Under the pieces are notes generated by a model that searched no databases, was not told where the DNA came from, and worked only from the letters and a program-made list of their open reading frames with translations. A stretch of 64,000 nt of DNA from Acidimicrobiia bacterium (GTDB lineage Bacteria; Actinomycetota; Acidimicrobiia; Spongiisociales; UBA11373), in assembly GCA_046714175.1 (NCBI GenBank), contig JBKKBI010000062.1:5344-69343 (forward strand), in the 5' to 3' direction. A program made the translations under genes and the position numbers. Shown piece after piece: positions 47,583 to 58,352 of the stretch (position 1 is the first letter of the stretch; each line of letters begins with the position of its first letter).

Positions 47583-47884
47583 CCGTAACTCCGGGCTGGT
47601 ACATGGCTCTGGCCGCGGTGCTCTTCGTCATCGGCGCTGGAGGCATGCTGCTGCGCCGTAACGCTCTGATCATGTTCATGTCGGTGGAGTTGATGCTGAA
47701 CGCAGTCAACCTCACGTTCGTCGCGGCGAGCCGCGAGCTCGGGGTGATCGACGGGCAGCTGGCGGTCCTCTTCGTCATGGTTGTGGCCGCCGCCGAGGTG
47801 GTTGTCGGTCTGGCGATCATCGTCGCCGTGTTCCGCCGCCGCCGCACCGCCAACGTCGACGAGCTGGCGGGGCTGAAGGGATGA
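47579..47884 (+). CDS. nuoK: NADH-quinone oxidoreductase subunit K
   Basis: [31 protein letters not shown]; GTG overlaps the nuoJ stop. Confidence 0.85.
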   Translation: MTVTPGWYMALAAVLFVIGAGGMLLRRNALIMFMSVELMLNAVNLTFVAASRELGVIDGQLAVLFVMVVAAAEVVVGLAIIVAVFRRRRTANVDELAGLKG

Positions 47885-49746
47885 CGGAGATTCTGGTTTC
47901 GCTGGCCGTGCTACTGCCCCTCGGCGGTGCGGTGCTCATGGTGTTCTTCGGCAAGCGCCTCGGTGAGCCAGGGGCGGGCTACCTCGGAACCCTGACCGTC
48001 GCCGCCGCTTTCGGCGGGGCGGCGATCGCCGCCGCCGACTTCTTCACCGGTGGCGGGGAGACGGTGCTGGTGCGCTGGTTCGACTGGTTCCCCGCCTTCG
48101 GCGTCACCGCCGAACTGCGCTGGGATCCGCTCTCGGCGCTGATGACCCTTGTGGTCACCGGGGTGGGCGCGCTGATACATCTCTACTCGATTGGCTACAT
48201 GCACGGAGATCCCCGCTACGGACGGTTCTTCACCTACCTCAATCTGTTCGTCGCCTCGATGCTGATCCTGGTGCTGGCAAACAACTTCGCTGTTCTGTTC
48301 GTGGGATGGGAATTGGTCGGACTGTCGTCGTATCTGCTCATCTCCTTTTGGTTCGAGAAGGAGACCGCAGCCGCGGCGGGGAAGAAGGCGTTCGTCGTCA
48401 ACCGCATCGGCGACATCGGGTTCATCGTGGCCTTGATGCTGATCTTCGAGAACTTCGGCACCCTCCGCTTCGACGAGGTGCTGGAGGGGGCGCACGGTCT
48501 CGCCGCCGGTACCGCCACCGCCATCGGGCTATTGCTCTTGGTGGGCGCCGCCGGAAAGTCTGCGCAGCTACCCCTATACGTATGGCTCCCCGATGCGATG
48601 GAGGGCCCGACACCGGTCTCGGCCCTGATCCATGCCGCCACCATGGTCACTGCGGGCGTCTACCTGGTGGCGCGTACCGCGCCGATCTTTGCAGCCTCCG
48701 AGGTGGCGGGTGCCGTGGTGGCGATCGTCGGCACCGCCACCGCGCTGTTCGCCGCCACCATCGCCCTGGCGCAGAACGACATCAAGCGGGTACTCGCCTA
48801 CTCGACGATCTCCCAACTCGGGTTCATGTTCATGGCGGTGGGCGCCGCGGCCCATGTCGCCGGAGTGTTCCACCTGATGACCCACGCCTTCTTCAAGGCG
48901 TTGCTCTTCCTCGGCGCCGGGTCGGTGATCCACGGGATGCACGGTGAACAGGACATGGGCCGGATGGGCGGCCTGGCACGCAAGATGCCGCTCACGTTCC
49001 TGACCATGGCAGTGGGGTGGCTCGCAATCTCCGGGATCCCGCCCCTCGCCGGGTTCTGGTCGAAGGACGAGATCCTGGGCAGCGTGTACCAGCGGGGCGG
49101 CCTGTGGGTGGTCCTGTTCGGAGTCGGTCTGCTCACCGCAGCCCTGACTGCGTTCTACATGACCCGGATGATGTGGCTCACCTTCTTCGGAGCTCCGCGC
49201 TGGGCGGACGGACTGCATCCCCACGAGTCGCCCCTAATGATGACGCTGCCGCTCGTGGCGCTGGCCGGACTGTCGGTGGTCGGCGGTCTGGTGAACACGC
49301 CGTTCCGCACCGCCCTGGAGCATTTCCTCGACCCCGCTTTCGAGTTGGTTCATCTCAGCCATCCCCCGGAGGGGACTCTGGCCCTCACTCTGGCGGCCGC
49401 CTCCGTCGCCGCGGCGCTCGCCGGGATCGCCCTCGCCGCGGTGCGTTATCGCACCTACCGCACCGAGGCGGGGCGCACCTGGCGCATCCTGGGACGGGGC
49501 TACTACATCGACGATGTGTACGGCTCGGTGTTCGCCCGCACGGGCAAGCTCGGCGCGGCGTGGCTGGCCTTCCGCTTCGATGCCCGCATCATCGACGGCG
49601 CCGTCGAAGGCACCGGCGGCCTGGTCCGCCGCCTCGGCGGTTGGATGCGCCCCCTCCAGACCGGCTTCGTGAGGTCATACGGTTTGGCGATAGTTGCCGG
49701 AAGTGTGGCGATGCTGGCGTGGTTCCTGACGAGGGGGGCGCTGTGA
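47881..49746 (+). CDS. nuoL: NADH-quinone oxidoreductase subunit L
   Basis: 621 aa antiporter-like subunit; includes [29 protein letters not shown]. Confidence 0.9.
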   Translation: MTEILVSLAVLLPLGGAVLMVFFGKRLGEPGAGYLGTLTVAAAFGGAAIAAADFFTGGGETVLVRWFDWFPAFGVTAELRWDPLSALMTLVVTGVGALIHLYSIGYMHGDPRYGRFFTYLNLFVASMLILVLANNFAVLFVGWELVGLSSYLLISFWFEKETAAAAGKKAFVVNRIGDIGFIVALMLIFENFGTLRFDEVLEGAHGLAAGTATAIGLLLLVGAAGKSAQLPLYVWLPDAMEGPTPVSALIHAATMVTAGVYLVARTAPIFAASEVAGAVVAIVGTATALFAATIALAQNDIKRVLAYSTISQLGFMFMAVGAAAHVAGVFHLMTHAFFKALLFLGAGSVIHGMHGEQDMGRMGGLARKMPLTFLTMAVGWLAISGIPPLAGFWSKDEILGSVYQRGGLWVVLFGVGLLTAALTAFYMTRMMWLTFFGAPRWADGLHPHESPLMMTLPLVALAGLSVVGGLVNTPFRTALEHFLDPAFELVHLSHPPEGTLALTLAAASVAAALAGIALAAVRYRTYRTEAGRTWRILGRGYYIDDVYGSVFARTGKLGAAWLAFRFDARIIDGAVEGTGGLVRRLGGWMRPLQTGFVRSYGLAIVAGSVAMLAWFLTRGAL

Positions 49747-49754
49747 TCACTCGC

Positions 49755-49783
49755 TGCCCGCCACCCGCCACCCGCTACCCGCA
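49755..49783. repeat. Heptamer array ctgcccg/ccacccg/ctacccg at the nuoL-nuoM junction
   Basis: ctgcccgccacccgccacccgctacccgc. Confidence 0.55.
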
Positions 49784-49857
49784 AGGGAGGGCCGGTGACC
49801 GCCTATCGCCCATCGCTCCTCTGGCAGCCATCGGGAGTCGTGTCTCGGGAGAACTCC

Positions 49858-51390
49858 ATGCCTGAGTTCCCGATTCTCTCCACCCTCATCCTGTTGCCGG
49901 TGATCGGCGCGGTGGTACTGCTCGCCATCCCTTCGCGTCGCGCCGAGGTCGTCATGCCTACGGCGGTGGCGGCTTCGCTGCTGACGCTGGGGGCGGCGCT
50001 GTGGATGCTGATCGAGTTCGAGAGCGGGGTGGCCGATTTTCAGTTCGTCGAGCAGTCGTCGTGGTATCAGCCATGGGGCGTGGGCTGGCACCTGGGCATC
50101 GACGGGATCTCGGTCTTTCTGGTGGTGCTGACCGCGTTTCTGTTCCCCATCTCCCTCGCCGCCAGCGGCGCGGTGAGGCACCGCGTGCGCGAGTACGCGG
50201 TCGCAATGTTGCTGCTCGAGGCCGGGATCATTGGGGTCTTCGTCTCCCTCGACCTGCTGGTCTTCTTCGTGTTCTGGGAAGTGATGCTGGTTCCGATGTA
50301 CTTCATCATTGGGATCTGGGGTGGCGAGCGCCGGGTGCACGCCGCGGTGAAGTTCTTCTTGTTCACCGCCTTTGGCTCGGCGGTGATGTTTGCCGGCATC
50401 CTGTTCCTCGGGTTCCTCGGCGGCGACGGTGCCCCCTCCTTCGACTTCGTCGATCTGCTCGGCGCCGAGCTGAGCCGCACTGCGCAGTTCTGGCTGTTCG
50501 GCGCGTTCGCTCTGTCGTTCGCCATCAAGGTGCCGGTATTCCCATTTCACACCTGGCTCCCCGACGCCCATGTCGAAGCCCCTACCGCGGGGTCGGTGAT
50601 CCTGGCCGGAGTGCTGCTGAAACTGGGCGCCTACGGATTGATCCGGTTCAACCTCACATTGTTCCCGGAGGCGGCGGTAGATCTGGTGCCGGTGCTGGCG
50701 GTGCTGGCGGTCATCGGCATCGTCTACGGCGCAATCGTCGCCATCGTGCAGAGCGACATCAAGCGCCTGGTGGCCTACTCATCGGTGAGTCACCTCGGGT
50801 TCGTCGTGCTCGGCATTTTCGCTCTCACCACCCAGGGGATGCAGGGCGGGGTTCTGCAGATGGTGAACCACGGTCTCACCACCGGGGCGCTATTCCTCCT
50901 GGTGGGGATGATCTACGAGCGGCGTCACACCCGGGAGATCGCGCAGTTCGGTGGGTTAGCCACCGTGATGCCCATCTACGCCGGGATCTTCCTCTTCACC
51001 GCCTTCGCTGCGATCGGTCTCCCCGGACTCAACGGTTTCGTCGGCGAGTTCTTCGTGCTGGTCGGGTCGTTCCTCTCGCTGCCCGTGTACGCCATCATCG
51101 CCTCCCTCGGCGTGGTCCTGGCAGCCGTGTATCTACTGTGGGCGTATCAGCGGATGTTCACGGGGCCGATCACCGTGGCGGAGAACTCCACGCTGCACGA
51201 CCTGCGCCCCGCAGAGATTCTGATCCTGGCCCCGATCATCGCCCTTGTGATCTTCCTCGGTGTCTACCCCAAGCCGGCGCTCGACCGCATCGCACCGTCG
51301 GTGGACGCGATCCTGGAGCGGATCGAAAACGTCACCGATTACGAGGTACCGGAGTGGGGGAGCACCAACGACGTGGCGGTGGAGGAATGA
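49858..51390 (+). CDS. nuoM: NADH-quinone oxidoreductase subunit M
   Basis: ATG at 49858 with a GGGAG RBS. Includes FHTWLPDAHVEAPTAGSVILAGVLLKLGAYG. Confidence 0.85.
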   Translation: MPEFPILSTLILLPVIGAVVLLAIPSRRAEVVMPTAVAASLLTLGAALWMLIEFESGVADFQFVEQSSWYQPWGVGWHLGIDGISVFLVVLTAFLFPISLAASGAVRHRVREYAVAMLLLEAGIIGVFVSLDLLVFFVFWEVMLVPMYFIIGIWGGERRVHAAVKFFLFTAFGSAVMFAGILFLGFLGGDGAPSFDFVDLLGAELSRTAQFWLFGAFALSFAIKVPVFPFHTWLPDAHVEAPTAGSVILAGVLLKLGAYGLIRFNLTLFPEAAVDLVPVLAVLAVIGIVYGAIVAIVQSDIKRLVAYSSVSHLGFVVLGIFALTTQGMQGGVLQMVNHGLTTGALFLLVGMIYERRHTREIAQFGGLATVMPIYAGIFLFTAFAAIGLPGLNGFVGEFFVLVGSFLSLPVYAIIASLGVVLAAVYLLWAYQRMFTGPITVAENSTLHDLRPAEILILAPIIALVIFLGVYPKPALDRIAPSVDAILERIENVTDYEVPEWGSTNDVAVEE

Positions 51391-51442
51391 GTCATCTGCC
51401 GTCAGTCGTCAGTCACAGCCTCCCCGCCGGTTCTGCCATCTG

Positions 51443-51488
51443 CCATCTGTCATCTGTCATCTGTGATCTGTCATCTACGACGCCGAAG
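51443..51488. repeat. Heptamer array catctgt/catctgc at the nuoM-nuoN junction
   Basis: ctgccatctgccatctgtcatctgtcatctgtgatctgtcatctacg. Confidence 0.6.
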
Positions 51489-51496
51489 GCGGCGAT

Positions 51497-52936
51497 GTGA
51501 CCAACGTCGACTTCCTCGCCATCGCCCCCGAGCTCATCCTCACCGTCGCGGTGGTGGCGCTGCTGCTTGTCGACGTGCAATGGCGTCCCGGGCCGCGGTG
51601 GTGGGGGATCGCCGCCGCCGCTGGACTGCTCGGAGCCACCGCGGCTGCGGTGGTGCACTGGATCGATCATCGGGGCGCCGACGCCGCCGGCTATTTCCAG
51701 GGGATGCTCGTAGTCGACGGCTTCTCCGCCGCCGCCGGGATCATCATCTTCACCATCACCGGCCTCGCCCTGGTGGTGGCGTGGCCGCTGGTGCGCACCC
51801 AGGGTGGGCGCGGCGCCGAGTTCGTCGTGCTGGTCCTGGTGGCGGCGACCGGCGCTCATCTCATGGCCGCGGCCGCCAACCTGGTGATGCTGTTCATCGC
51901 CCTCGAGGTGTTCTCGATCAGCCTCTACGTCCTCGCCGGCTTTACCCGGGAGCGTGCCGACTCCGACGAAGCGGCGCTCAAGTACTTCCTGCTGGGGGCA
52001 CTGGCCTCGGCGATATTCCTCTATGGGATCGCTCTCGTCTTCGCCGCCACCGGCACCACTTCGATCTACGGGGTCGGGGCATTCCTGGAGGGGACGCTGC
52101 TCTTTCGCCCCGGGATACTCCTCGCCGGTATCGCCCTGCTCGTCGTCGGACTCGGCTTCAAGGTCTCGGCGGCGCCGTTCCACGTGTGGTCGCCCGACGT
52201 GTATCAGGGCGCACCGGGTGGGATCACCGGGTTCCTCGCCGCAACGGCCAAGGTGGCTGGGTTCGCCGCCGCCGCCCGGGTGCTAACCGTAGCCCTCGAC
52301 GCCCGCATCGAGGATTGGGCACCGGCGGTGGCGGTCATCGCCGCGGCGTCGATAGTCGTCGGCACGCTGCTGGCGATCGCGCAGACCGATCTCAAGCGCA
52401 TGCTGGCGTATTCCAGCGTCGCCCACGCCGGGTTCATCCTCACCGCGCTCGTCGGCGGTACCGCCGGGATCGGGGAGATGTGGTTCTACGTCGCCACTTA
52501 TGCCGTGCAGGTGGTCGCCGCCTTCGGCGTCGCCGCGGTGGTGTCGGGGCCGCAACAGGGTCCGGCGCCACTGGCCGACTATGCCGGGCTGGCCACCCGG
52601 GCTCCGGGCTTGGCCACGGTGCTCGCCCTCATGATGCTGGCGATGGGAGGCATCCCGATCACCGCCGGGTTCGTCGGCAAGGCGGCGGTGTTCAGCGCCG
52701 CGCTCGAGGCGGACTACCTGTGGTTGGTCGTGCTGGCTCTTGTGGCCGCCGTGGCTGGCTTGTTCTTCTATCTGCGAGTCGTGGTGCTGATGTACATGCA
52801 GCCCGGCGACGCGGCGGCGATCAAGACTCCGGGCGGCACCCGACTGGTGCTACTCGGGAGCGCCGTATTCACGGTGGTCGCTGGTGTCGTGCCCTGGCCG
52901 CTGCTGCGGTGGTTAGGCGAGGCACTGCCGCTGTAA
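51497..52936 (+). CDS. nuoN: NADH-quinone oxidoreductase subunit N
   Basis: GTG start. 479 aa antiporter-like subunit; includes FHVWSPDVYQGAPGGITGFLA. Confidence 0.85.
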   Translation: MTNVDFLAIAPELILTVAVVALLLVDVQWRPGPRWWGIAAAAGLLGATAAAVVHWIDHRGADAAGYFQGMLVVDGFSAAAGIIIFTITGLALVVAWPLVRTQGGRGAEFVVLVLVAATGAHLMAAAANLVMLFIALEVFSISLYVLAGFTRERADSDEAALKYFLLGALASAIFLYGIALVFAATGTTSIYGVGAFLEGTLLFRPGILLAGIALLVVGLGFKVSAAPFHVWSPDVYQGAPGGITGFLAATAKVAGFAAAARVLTVALDARIEDWAPAVAVIAAASIVVGTLLAIAQTDLKRMLAYSSVAHAGFILTALVGGTAGIGEMWFYVATYAVQVVAAFGVAAVVSGPQQGPAPLADYAGLATRAPGLATVLALMMLAMGGIPITAGFVGKAAVFSAALEADYLWLVVLALVAAVAGLFFYLRVVVLMYMQPGDAAAIKTPGGTRLVLLGSAVFTVVAGVVPWPLLRWLGEALPL

Positions 52937-52983
52937 AGAGCAGCGGGCTTCCGGTGACAGTGCTGTGGCTGAGGGGTCTGTTT

Positions 52984-53093
52984 CCTCCCCCGGAGGGGGA
53001 GGTGGCCCGGAGGGCCGGAGGGGGAAATCGCGCCGGACCACCTCAGGGACATTCCCCCCTCCCGGCTTCGCCGTACTCCCCCCTCAGGGGGAG
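52984..53093. terminator. G/C-rich REP-like palindromic element / terminator cluster downstream of nuoN
   Basis: cctcccccggagggggagg (perfect hairpin). ggagggggaa...ttcccccctcc (long-range stem). ctcccccctcagggggag (second hairpin). Confidence 0.5.
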
Positions 53094-53141
53094 AAACGGA
53101 GCTGGTGACACCGAGGACTGACGACTCCGTATCCTCCGCCA

Positions 53142-54251
53142 ATGCTCCGACCCGCCCGACTATTCGGCATCACGCTGGTCGCGGCGCTGGCTGCGCTCCC
53201 TCTGTTCTTGTCCAGCCTCCGTATCTCGGGGCGGGTGATCGTCACCGCCGAGGATGTCGTCACCGAGGATCTCTACGCCTTTGGTGATCGGGTCATCGTC
53301 GAAGGAGTCATCCAGGGCGATCTGTTCGTGGTCACCGGCCATCTCACCGTCACCGGCCGGGTGGAGGGCGATGTGATGGGGATGGTGGGGGGTCCTGCCC
53401 GTATCGATGGTGAGGTGACTGGGTCGGTGCGCCTCGCGGCCGTCGATCTGGTGATCACCGGTTCGGTTGGCGACGATGCGGCGCTGGTGACGGCAGAGAG
53501 CACCATCGAAGGTTCGGTGGGACGCGACGTTCTGGTCATCGCCGGATCGATCGCCCTCGATGGTTCCGTGGGGCGAGATGTACGCGCCCAGGCGATGCGG
53601 TTGTCGATCGACGGGCCCATCGCCCGCGATGTTCATGCCCGCACCGGACGCCTCGCTCTGGAGGACGAGGCTGTGGTCGGCGGCGATGTGCTCTACAAGG
53701 CATCCTCCGATGCCCGGGTGGATCCGGCTGCTGCTGTCAACGGCCGGCTCACCAGGCGCGACGTGATTGCCCCGGTGTGGGCCAAGGCCGTGTCTCGCCT
53801 CTTCCTCTTCTTCAGCACCGTCGGCTTCGTATTTGCCGGACTGGTGGCGGCATGGTTATTTCGCGGCTGGTCGGCTCGGGCGGTCACCGCGGCGGAGCGG
53901 CGGCCAGGCCGCTCGGCGGTGATCGGACTCGGCATCGTCTTATTGCCCCCGGTGCTGGTGCTGCCGCTGTTCCTCACCCTGGTCGGTATCCCACTGGCGC
54001 TGATGCTGCTGTTGGCCTGGTTGGGAGCGCTGTTCCTCGGCCCTCTACCCGCGGTGACGGCGGCCGGCAAGAGAATCGTGAAGGGCCGGGGTGGTTTCGC
54101 CGCGGCGCTGGTAGTGGGGACCCTGGTGTGGCGCGGGGCGATGTGGCTGCTGCCACTGATCGCGGTGCTGCTCTATCTGACTGCGCTGCTGATCGGGGTC
54201 GGCGCCTACGGCTCTGCAGCCTGGGAGTTGCGGCGGGAGAGCGCCCCCTGA
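53142..54251 (+). CDS. Membrane protein with bactofilin-like beta-helical repeats (signal peptide plus C-terminal TM bundle)
   Basis: Repeats GDLFVVTGHLTVTGRVEGDVMGMVGG / GSVRLAAVDLVITGSVGDD / GSVGRDVLVIAGSIALDGSVGRDV, followed by 4 TM helices. Confidence 0.35.
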   Translation: MLRPARLFGITLVAALAALPLFLSSLRISGRVIVTAEDVVTEDLYAFGDRVIVEGVIQGDLFVVTGHLTVTGRVEGDVMGMVGGPARIDGEVTGSVRLAAVDLVITGSVGDDAALVTAESTIEGSVGRDVLVIAGSIALDGSVGRDVRAQAMRLSIDGPIARDVHARTGRLALEDEAVVGGDVLYKASSDARVDPAAAVNGRLTRRDVIAPVWAKAVSRLFLFFSTVGFVFAGLVAAWLFRGWSARAVTAAERRPGRSAVIGLGIVLLPPVLVLPLFLTLVGIPLALMLLLAWLGALFLGPLPAVTAAGKRIVKGRGGFAAALVVGTLVWRGAMWLLPLIAVLLYLTALLIGVGAYGSAAWELRRESAP

Positions 54252-54396
54252 CCCTGTTTACAAACCAGGCCAACGGTAGGGTGACTGTGGATCATTCTCC
54301 CAGTGGGAGTGGCCGTGGGACACAGGGGTGTTCCACCAACCAGGGCACCGGCAGTAGCCGGATTGGGCCCGTGAGGCTCCGAATTCAGGAGCCGGG

Positions 54397-54684
54397 ATGG
54401 AGTTAGTGATGCAGAGATCTTCTTATATGGGCCTATTGGTATTCGGAGTCGTTCTCGCCGTGGTCGGCGCAATCATGAAGTTCGCCGTCACGGTGACCAC
54501 CGAGGGGTTCAACATCAACACGGCCGGGACGATCATGCTGGTCGTCGGCATCCTCGCCGCCCTTGTTGGACTCGGCCTGGCCCTCATGGGTCGGACCACT
54601 CGCAGCACCACCACCGAGCGCGTCCTCGACACGCCCACCGGTCAGGTCCGCACCCAGGAGACGAGAGCCAACCTGGAGGGCTAG
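54397..54684 (+). CDS. Small membrane protein (2 TM, hypothetical)
   Basis: 95 aa hydrophobic ORF. Confidence 0.3.
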   Translation: MELVMQRSSYMGLLVFGVVLAVVGAIMKFAVTVTTEGFNINTAGTIMLVVGILAALVGLGLALMGRTTRSTTTERVLDTPTGQVRTQETRANLEG

Positions 54685-54701
54685 AGGCAGCCTGAATTTG
54701 C

Positions 54702-54729
54702 GATGCGGCCGGTGGCAGTCCCACCGGCC
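54702..54729. terminator. Bidirectional hairpin gcggccggtgg-cagtc-ccaccggccgc
   Basis: Perfect 11-bp stem between convergent genes. Confidence 0.45.
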
Positions 54730-54742
54730 GCATTGTTAGCGC

Positions 54743-55756
54743 CTAGTGGCTTCCCAACACCACAACCTCACCGATCTCATAGCGCACCCGGTCTCCGGTG
54801 TGGAAGATGGGGTGCGGTCCGTTGCGTGCCAATAGCCTGCGCCCGTCGGCAACGTGCAGGGTGACCAGCTGATCGTGCCCGTAGTACTCGTGATCCACCA
54901 CTAGTGCTGGTCCGCCGGAGTCGGCGGTGATGCGCACCTGCTCGGGACGCACCAGTACCTCGGCGCGTTCGCCATCGGGGGCATCGGTGGGGAAGCGTCC
55001 CAACGGAGTATCGACTATCCCCGCCCGAACGGTTCCTTCGACAAAGGCACCCTCGCCGAGGAACTGTGCCACCCAGCGGTCGACGGGGCGCCGGTACAGA
55101 TCATGGGGCGAAGCCGTCTGGATCACCCGCCCCTCTCGCATCACCGCCAACACATCGCTTATCGCCAGCGCCTCCGACTGATCGTGGGTGACGAACACCG
55201 TGGTGGTGCGCGCCTCCACCAGGATGCCGCGCACTTCGCGGCGGATCTTTTCGCGCTGGGGGGCGTCGAGGTTGGAGAAGGGTTCATCGAGCAGGATCAC
55301 CGCAGGTGCGGGCGCCAGCGCCCGTGCCAAGGCGACCCGTTGCTGCTCGCCCCCGGATAACTCGTGAGGGAGGCGTTGCTCCATCCCGGTAAGCCCCACC
55401 ATGTCGAGGACTTCGGTGATGCGGCGTCGCACACCCCTGGGGAGCCCGTACCCGACGTTCTCGCCCACGGTCATGTGCGGGAAAAGCGCAAAGTCCTGAA
55501 AGACCATCCCGACCCGGCGTCGCTCCGGGGGCACGAAGGTGGTGTCATCGACCACAGTGACCCCATCCACTGCCACCGACCCTGAGTCGGGGCGTTCGAA
55601 TCCGGCGATGAGGCGCAGCGCCGTCGTCTTCCCCGAACCGGAGGGACCGAGCAGACCGAGCACCCGGCCGGTGGGAGCTGTGAGGGAGAAACCGTCCAGG
55701 ATCGGCTTCTCGGCAAAACGCTTCACCAGCCCGTGGCACACGATGGCGTCGGTCAT
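54743..55756 (-). CDS. ABC transporter ATP-binding protein (Fe3+/polyamine-type, FbpC-like)
   Basis: GPSGSGKTT Walker A; LSGGEQQRVALARAL; C-terminal TOBE-like domain. Internal ATG chosen (MTDAIVCHGL). Confidence 0.8.
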   Translation of the reverse strand: MTDAIVCHGLVKRFAEKPILDGFSLTAPTGRVLGLLGPSGSGKTTALRLIAGFERPDSGSVAVDGVTVVDDTTFVPPERRRVGMVFQDFALFPHMTVGENVGYGLPRGVRRRITEVLDMVGLTGMEQRLPHELSGGEQQRVALARALAPAPAVILLDEPFSNLDAPQREKIRREVRGILVEARTTTVFVTHDQSEALAISDVLAVMREGRVIQTASPHDLYRRPVDRWVAQFLGEGAFVEGTVRAGIVDTPLGRFPTDAPDGERAEVLVRPEQVRITADSGGPALVVDHEYYGHDQLVTLHVADGRRLLARNGPHPIFHTGDRVRYEIGEVVVLGSH

Positions 55757-57357
55757 GTCTCCCGCCTCGTGAGCAGGTAGGTGGGGATGGCGGCCACGAG
55801 GAGCAAAAGTATCGCCGGGATCGCCGCCCGGGAGTACAACAACGAGTCGGCGGCGGCCCACACATCCACGGCGAGGGTCTCGAACCCCGTGGGCCGGAGC
55901 AGCAGCGTCGCCGGCAACTCCTTCAACGTGGTGAGGAATACGAGCAAGGCCCCGGTCACCAGCCCGGGACGGACGATTGGGGCGGTGATGCGCAACATGG
56001 TGCGTCCCGGTCCGGCGCCCAGCGAGCGTGAGGCTTCCTCGATGGAGGGACTCACCTGGAGCACCGCGGCGCGCACCGGTCCCAAAGCCTGGGCGAAGAA
56101 CACCGCGGCGTACACCGCCACCAGCACCACGAGGCTCTGGTACAGGCCGCCCAGGTAACGGGAGGCGAAGAAGACCATCGCCAAACCCACGGTGATGTGG
56201 GGGAGGGCGAAGACCGTGTACGCGGCACGCTCCACCCAGCGCGTGGTGCGCGACGGGTGGCGGGCGAGGAGCACCGCGGTGGGGAGTGCCAGCACCGCTG
56301 CCAGCGCGGCCGCCAGGATCGCCGCGAGCAGCGAACCCCGCACCGCATCCCAGGGAATCACCCGGCCCGCCGACGCGCCCCGAACCGCCCACGACGCCAG
56401 CACGCCGGCAGGGGCGACGAGCGCGATGGTGGCGAGCAGGCCGAGGGAGAGGCTCCCCAGGATCCGTCCCCGGCGTCGCAGCGCCACGGGGCGGGGCATG
56501 CGCCGAACCGGGCGTCCGTGATACCCGGCGCGGCCTCGGGTGCGCCACTCCGCCCACACCACGACCAGGGCCAGCAGCACCAGCAGTAATGCCAGTACCG
56601 CGGCCGGGGTTCGATCCAGCCGTCCGGAGTACTGGGCGTAGACCATGCGGCTGAACGAGTCGAACCGAACCAGCGATACCGCCCCAAAGTCGGACAGTGT
56701 GTAGAGCGCCACCACCAGCAGGCTGGCGCCCAGGGCGGGTCGCAATTGCGGCAACACGATGGTGCGGAAGGTGCGCCCCGGGCCGGCGCCGAGTCCCCGC
56801 GCCGCCTCCTCGTGGGCAGGGTCTAGGCGGCGCCACGCCGCCGCCGCGGCGAGGAACACGTATGGGTAGGCGGCGATGGTGAGCGTCAGCCATGCCGCCG
56901 GCAGCCCGGAGACCACCGGGATGGTGAAACCTGTGAGGTCGGAGAGATAGCCGCGGGGACCGGCGGCGGCGAGCAGCGCCAGCGCGATCACGTAGGAAGG
57001 CATGACCAGGGGAAGCGCCACTACCACCCGCCACCCGCGCCTGCCCGGGAGATCGGTCGCCTCGGTGAGCCAGGCAGCGCCGATCCCGACCGCCGCGGTG
57101 GTGCACGCCACCAGGCTGACCAGGACGGCTGTGTTGAGAACGAGCCGGCCGGTTTGCGGGGAGAACACCACGTCGCTGATCGTCGAACTCGAGGCCAGCA
57201 CCCGACCGATGAGGTTGGCGAAAGGCACCAGCGCGGGGAGCAGCGCCAACGCCGGAGCCACCCACAGCCAGCGCGGCGCCCGGGACCGTCGCCGCGCCGC
57301 CGGCACCTCGTCGGACGGTGTCGGGGCCAGTGGCGGTGCGACCGCGCTCACGGTCAC
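55753..57357 (-). CDS. ABC transporter permease, duplicated (FbpB-like iron(III) permease)
   Basis: Two permease halves. GTG start overlaps the binding-protein stop. Confidence 0.75.
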   Translation of the reverse strand: MTVSAVAPPLAPTPSDEVPAARRRSRAPRWLWVAPALALLPALVPFANLIGRVLASSSTISDVVFSPQTGRLVLNTAVLVSLVACTTAAVGIGAAWLTEATDLPGRRGWRVVVALPLVMPSYVIALALLAAAGPRGYLSDLTGFTIPVVSGLPAAWLTLTIAAYPYVFLAAAAAWRRLDPAHEEAARGLGAGPGRTFRTIVLPQLRPALGASLLVVALYTLSDFGAVSLVRFDSFSRMVYAQYSGRLDRTPAAVLALLLVLLALVVVWAEWRTRGRAGYHGRPVRRMPRPVALRRRGRILGSLSLGLLATIALVAPAGVLASWAVRGASAGRVIPWDAVRGSLLAAILAAALAAVLALPTAVLLARHPSRTTRWVERAAYTVFALPHITVGLAMVFFASRYLGGLYQSLVVLVAVYAAVFFAQALGPVRAAVLQVSPSIEEASRSLGAGPGRTMLRITAPIVRPGLVTGALLVFLTTLKELPATLLLRPTGFETLAVDVWAAADSLLYSRAAIPAILLLLVAAIPTYLLTRRET

Positions 57358-58352
57358 AGGAGTCCGGAGGCGGAGACCAAGTCGGTGGCGAGGTCCAGCA
57401 CCGTCGCCAGATCGGAGAGATCGACCTCGGGCTGAGCCAGATCGTCGAGGGCGGGAAGGCCCGCCGGAGCATTCAGTCCAGTGAGGAGCGGGTACTCGAA
57501 GGTCTCTTCTGCGAAGTAGCGCTGCGACTCCTCGGCGAGCAGAAACTCGACGAAGCGTGTCGCCGCGTCGCCGGCGTCGCTGGTGGCGAGGATCCCCACC
57601 CCGGCGGGCATCACCAACGACGCCGCGCTCGCGGTCGTAAAGAAGTGGTTGGCGGCGGTCGTCTCCCCCTGATCGGCGATCAAGCCGAGCAGGTAGTAGT
57701 GGTTTACCAGACCCACCTCGACTGTTCCCTGGTCGACGGCGGCGACGATGGGTGCGTTGCCGGAGAAGATCTGGGGATCGTTGGCGGCGATGGCCTCGAG
57801 CCAGTTGCGGGTGCGGCCCTCGCCGCGTTCCAGGATCATCGCGGCGACGAAGGCGAGGAACGAGGCGTTGGAGGGTGCGATGCCGATCCGACCCCGCCAC
57901 ACCGGATCCATGAACCCGTCGACGTCGGTGGGGAGGTCTGCCGCGGACAGCTTGGTGGAGTCGTAGACCACGACCCGGCTGCGCCCGCTAACTCCGACCC
58001 AGAGGCGATCACGGTCGGAGAAGCGTGCCGGGACCAACTCGAGGATCGACTCAGGAAGAGGGGCGAAGAGGCCGGCTTCGGCCACGGCGCCGAGTGACGC
58101 CGGATCCTGAGCGAAGAAGACGTCGGCCGGACTGTTGGCTCCCTCCTCGCGCAGGGTGGCAGCCAGGTCGGTGCTGGAGGCGTAGCGCGCCTCGACCGTG
58201 ATCCCCGTCTCCGCCGCGAAGCGCGCGATCAGCGGAGCCACCAGCTCCTCCGAGCGACCTACGTAGACGGTGATGCTCTCGGGGGCATCGTCACCGCAGG
58301 CGGTGGTGGCGAGCAGCAGGGCGATTGTGGCGAGAAGCAGTCGGCGGGGCAT
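57354..58352 (-). CDS. ABC transporter periplasmic substrate-binding lipoprotein (iron(III)-type)
   Basis: MPRRLLLATIALLLATTACGDD lipobox; FbpA/AfuA-like fold. Confidence 0.75.
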   Translation of the reverse strand: MPRRLLLATIALLLATTACGDDAPESITVYVGRSEELVAPLIARFAAETGITVEARYASSTDLAATLREEGANSPADVFFAQDPASLGAVAEAGLFAPLPESILELVPARFSDRDRLWVGVSGRSRVVVYDSTKLSAADLPTDVDGFMDPVWRGRIGIAPSNASFLAFVAAMILERGEGRTRNWLEAIAANDPQIFSGNAPIVAAVDQGTVEVGLVNHYYLLGLIADQGETTAANHFFTTASAASLVMPAGVGILATSDAGDAATRFVEFLLAEESQRYFAEETFEYPLLTGLNAPAGLPALDDLAQPEVDLSDLATVLDLATDLVSASGLL

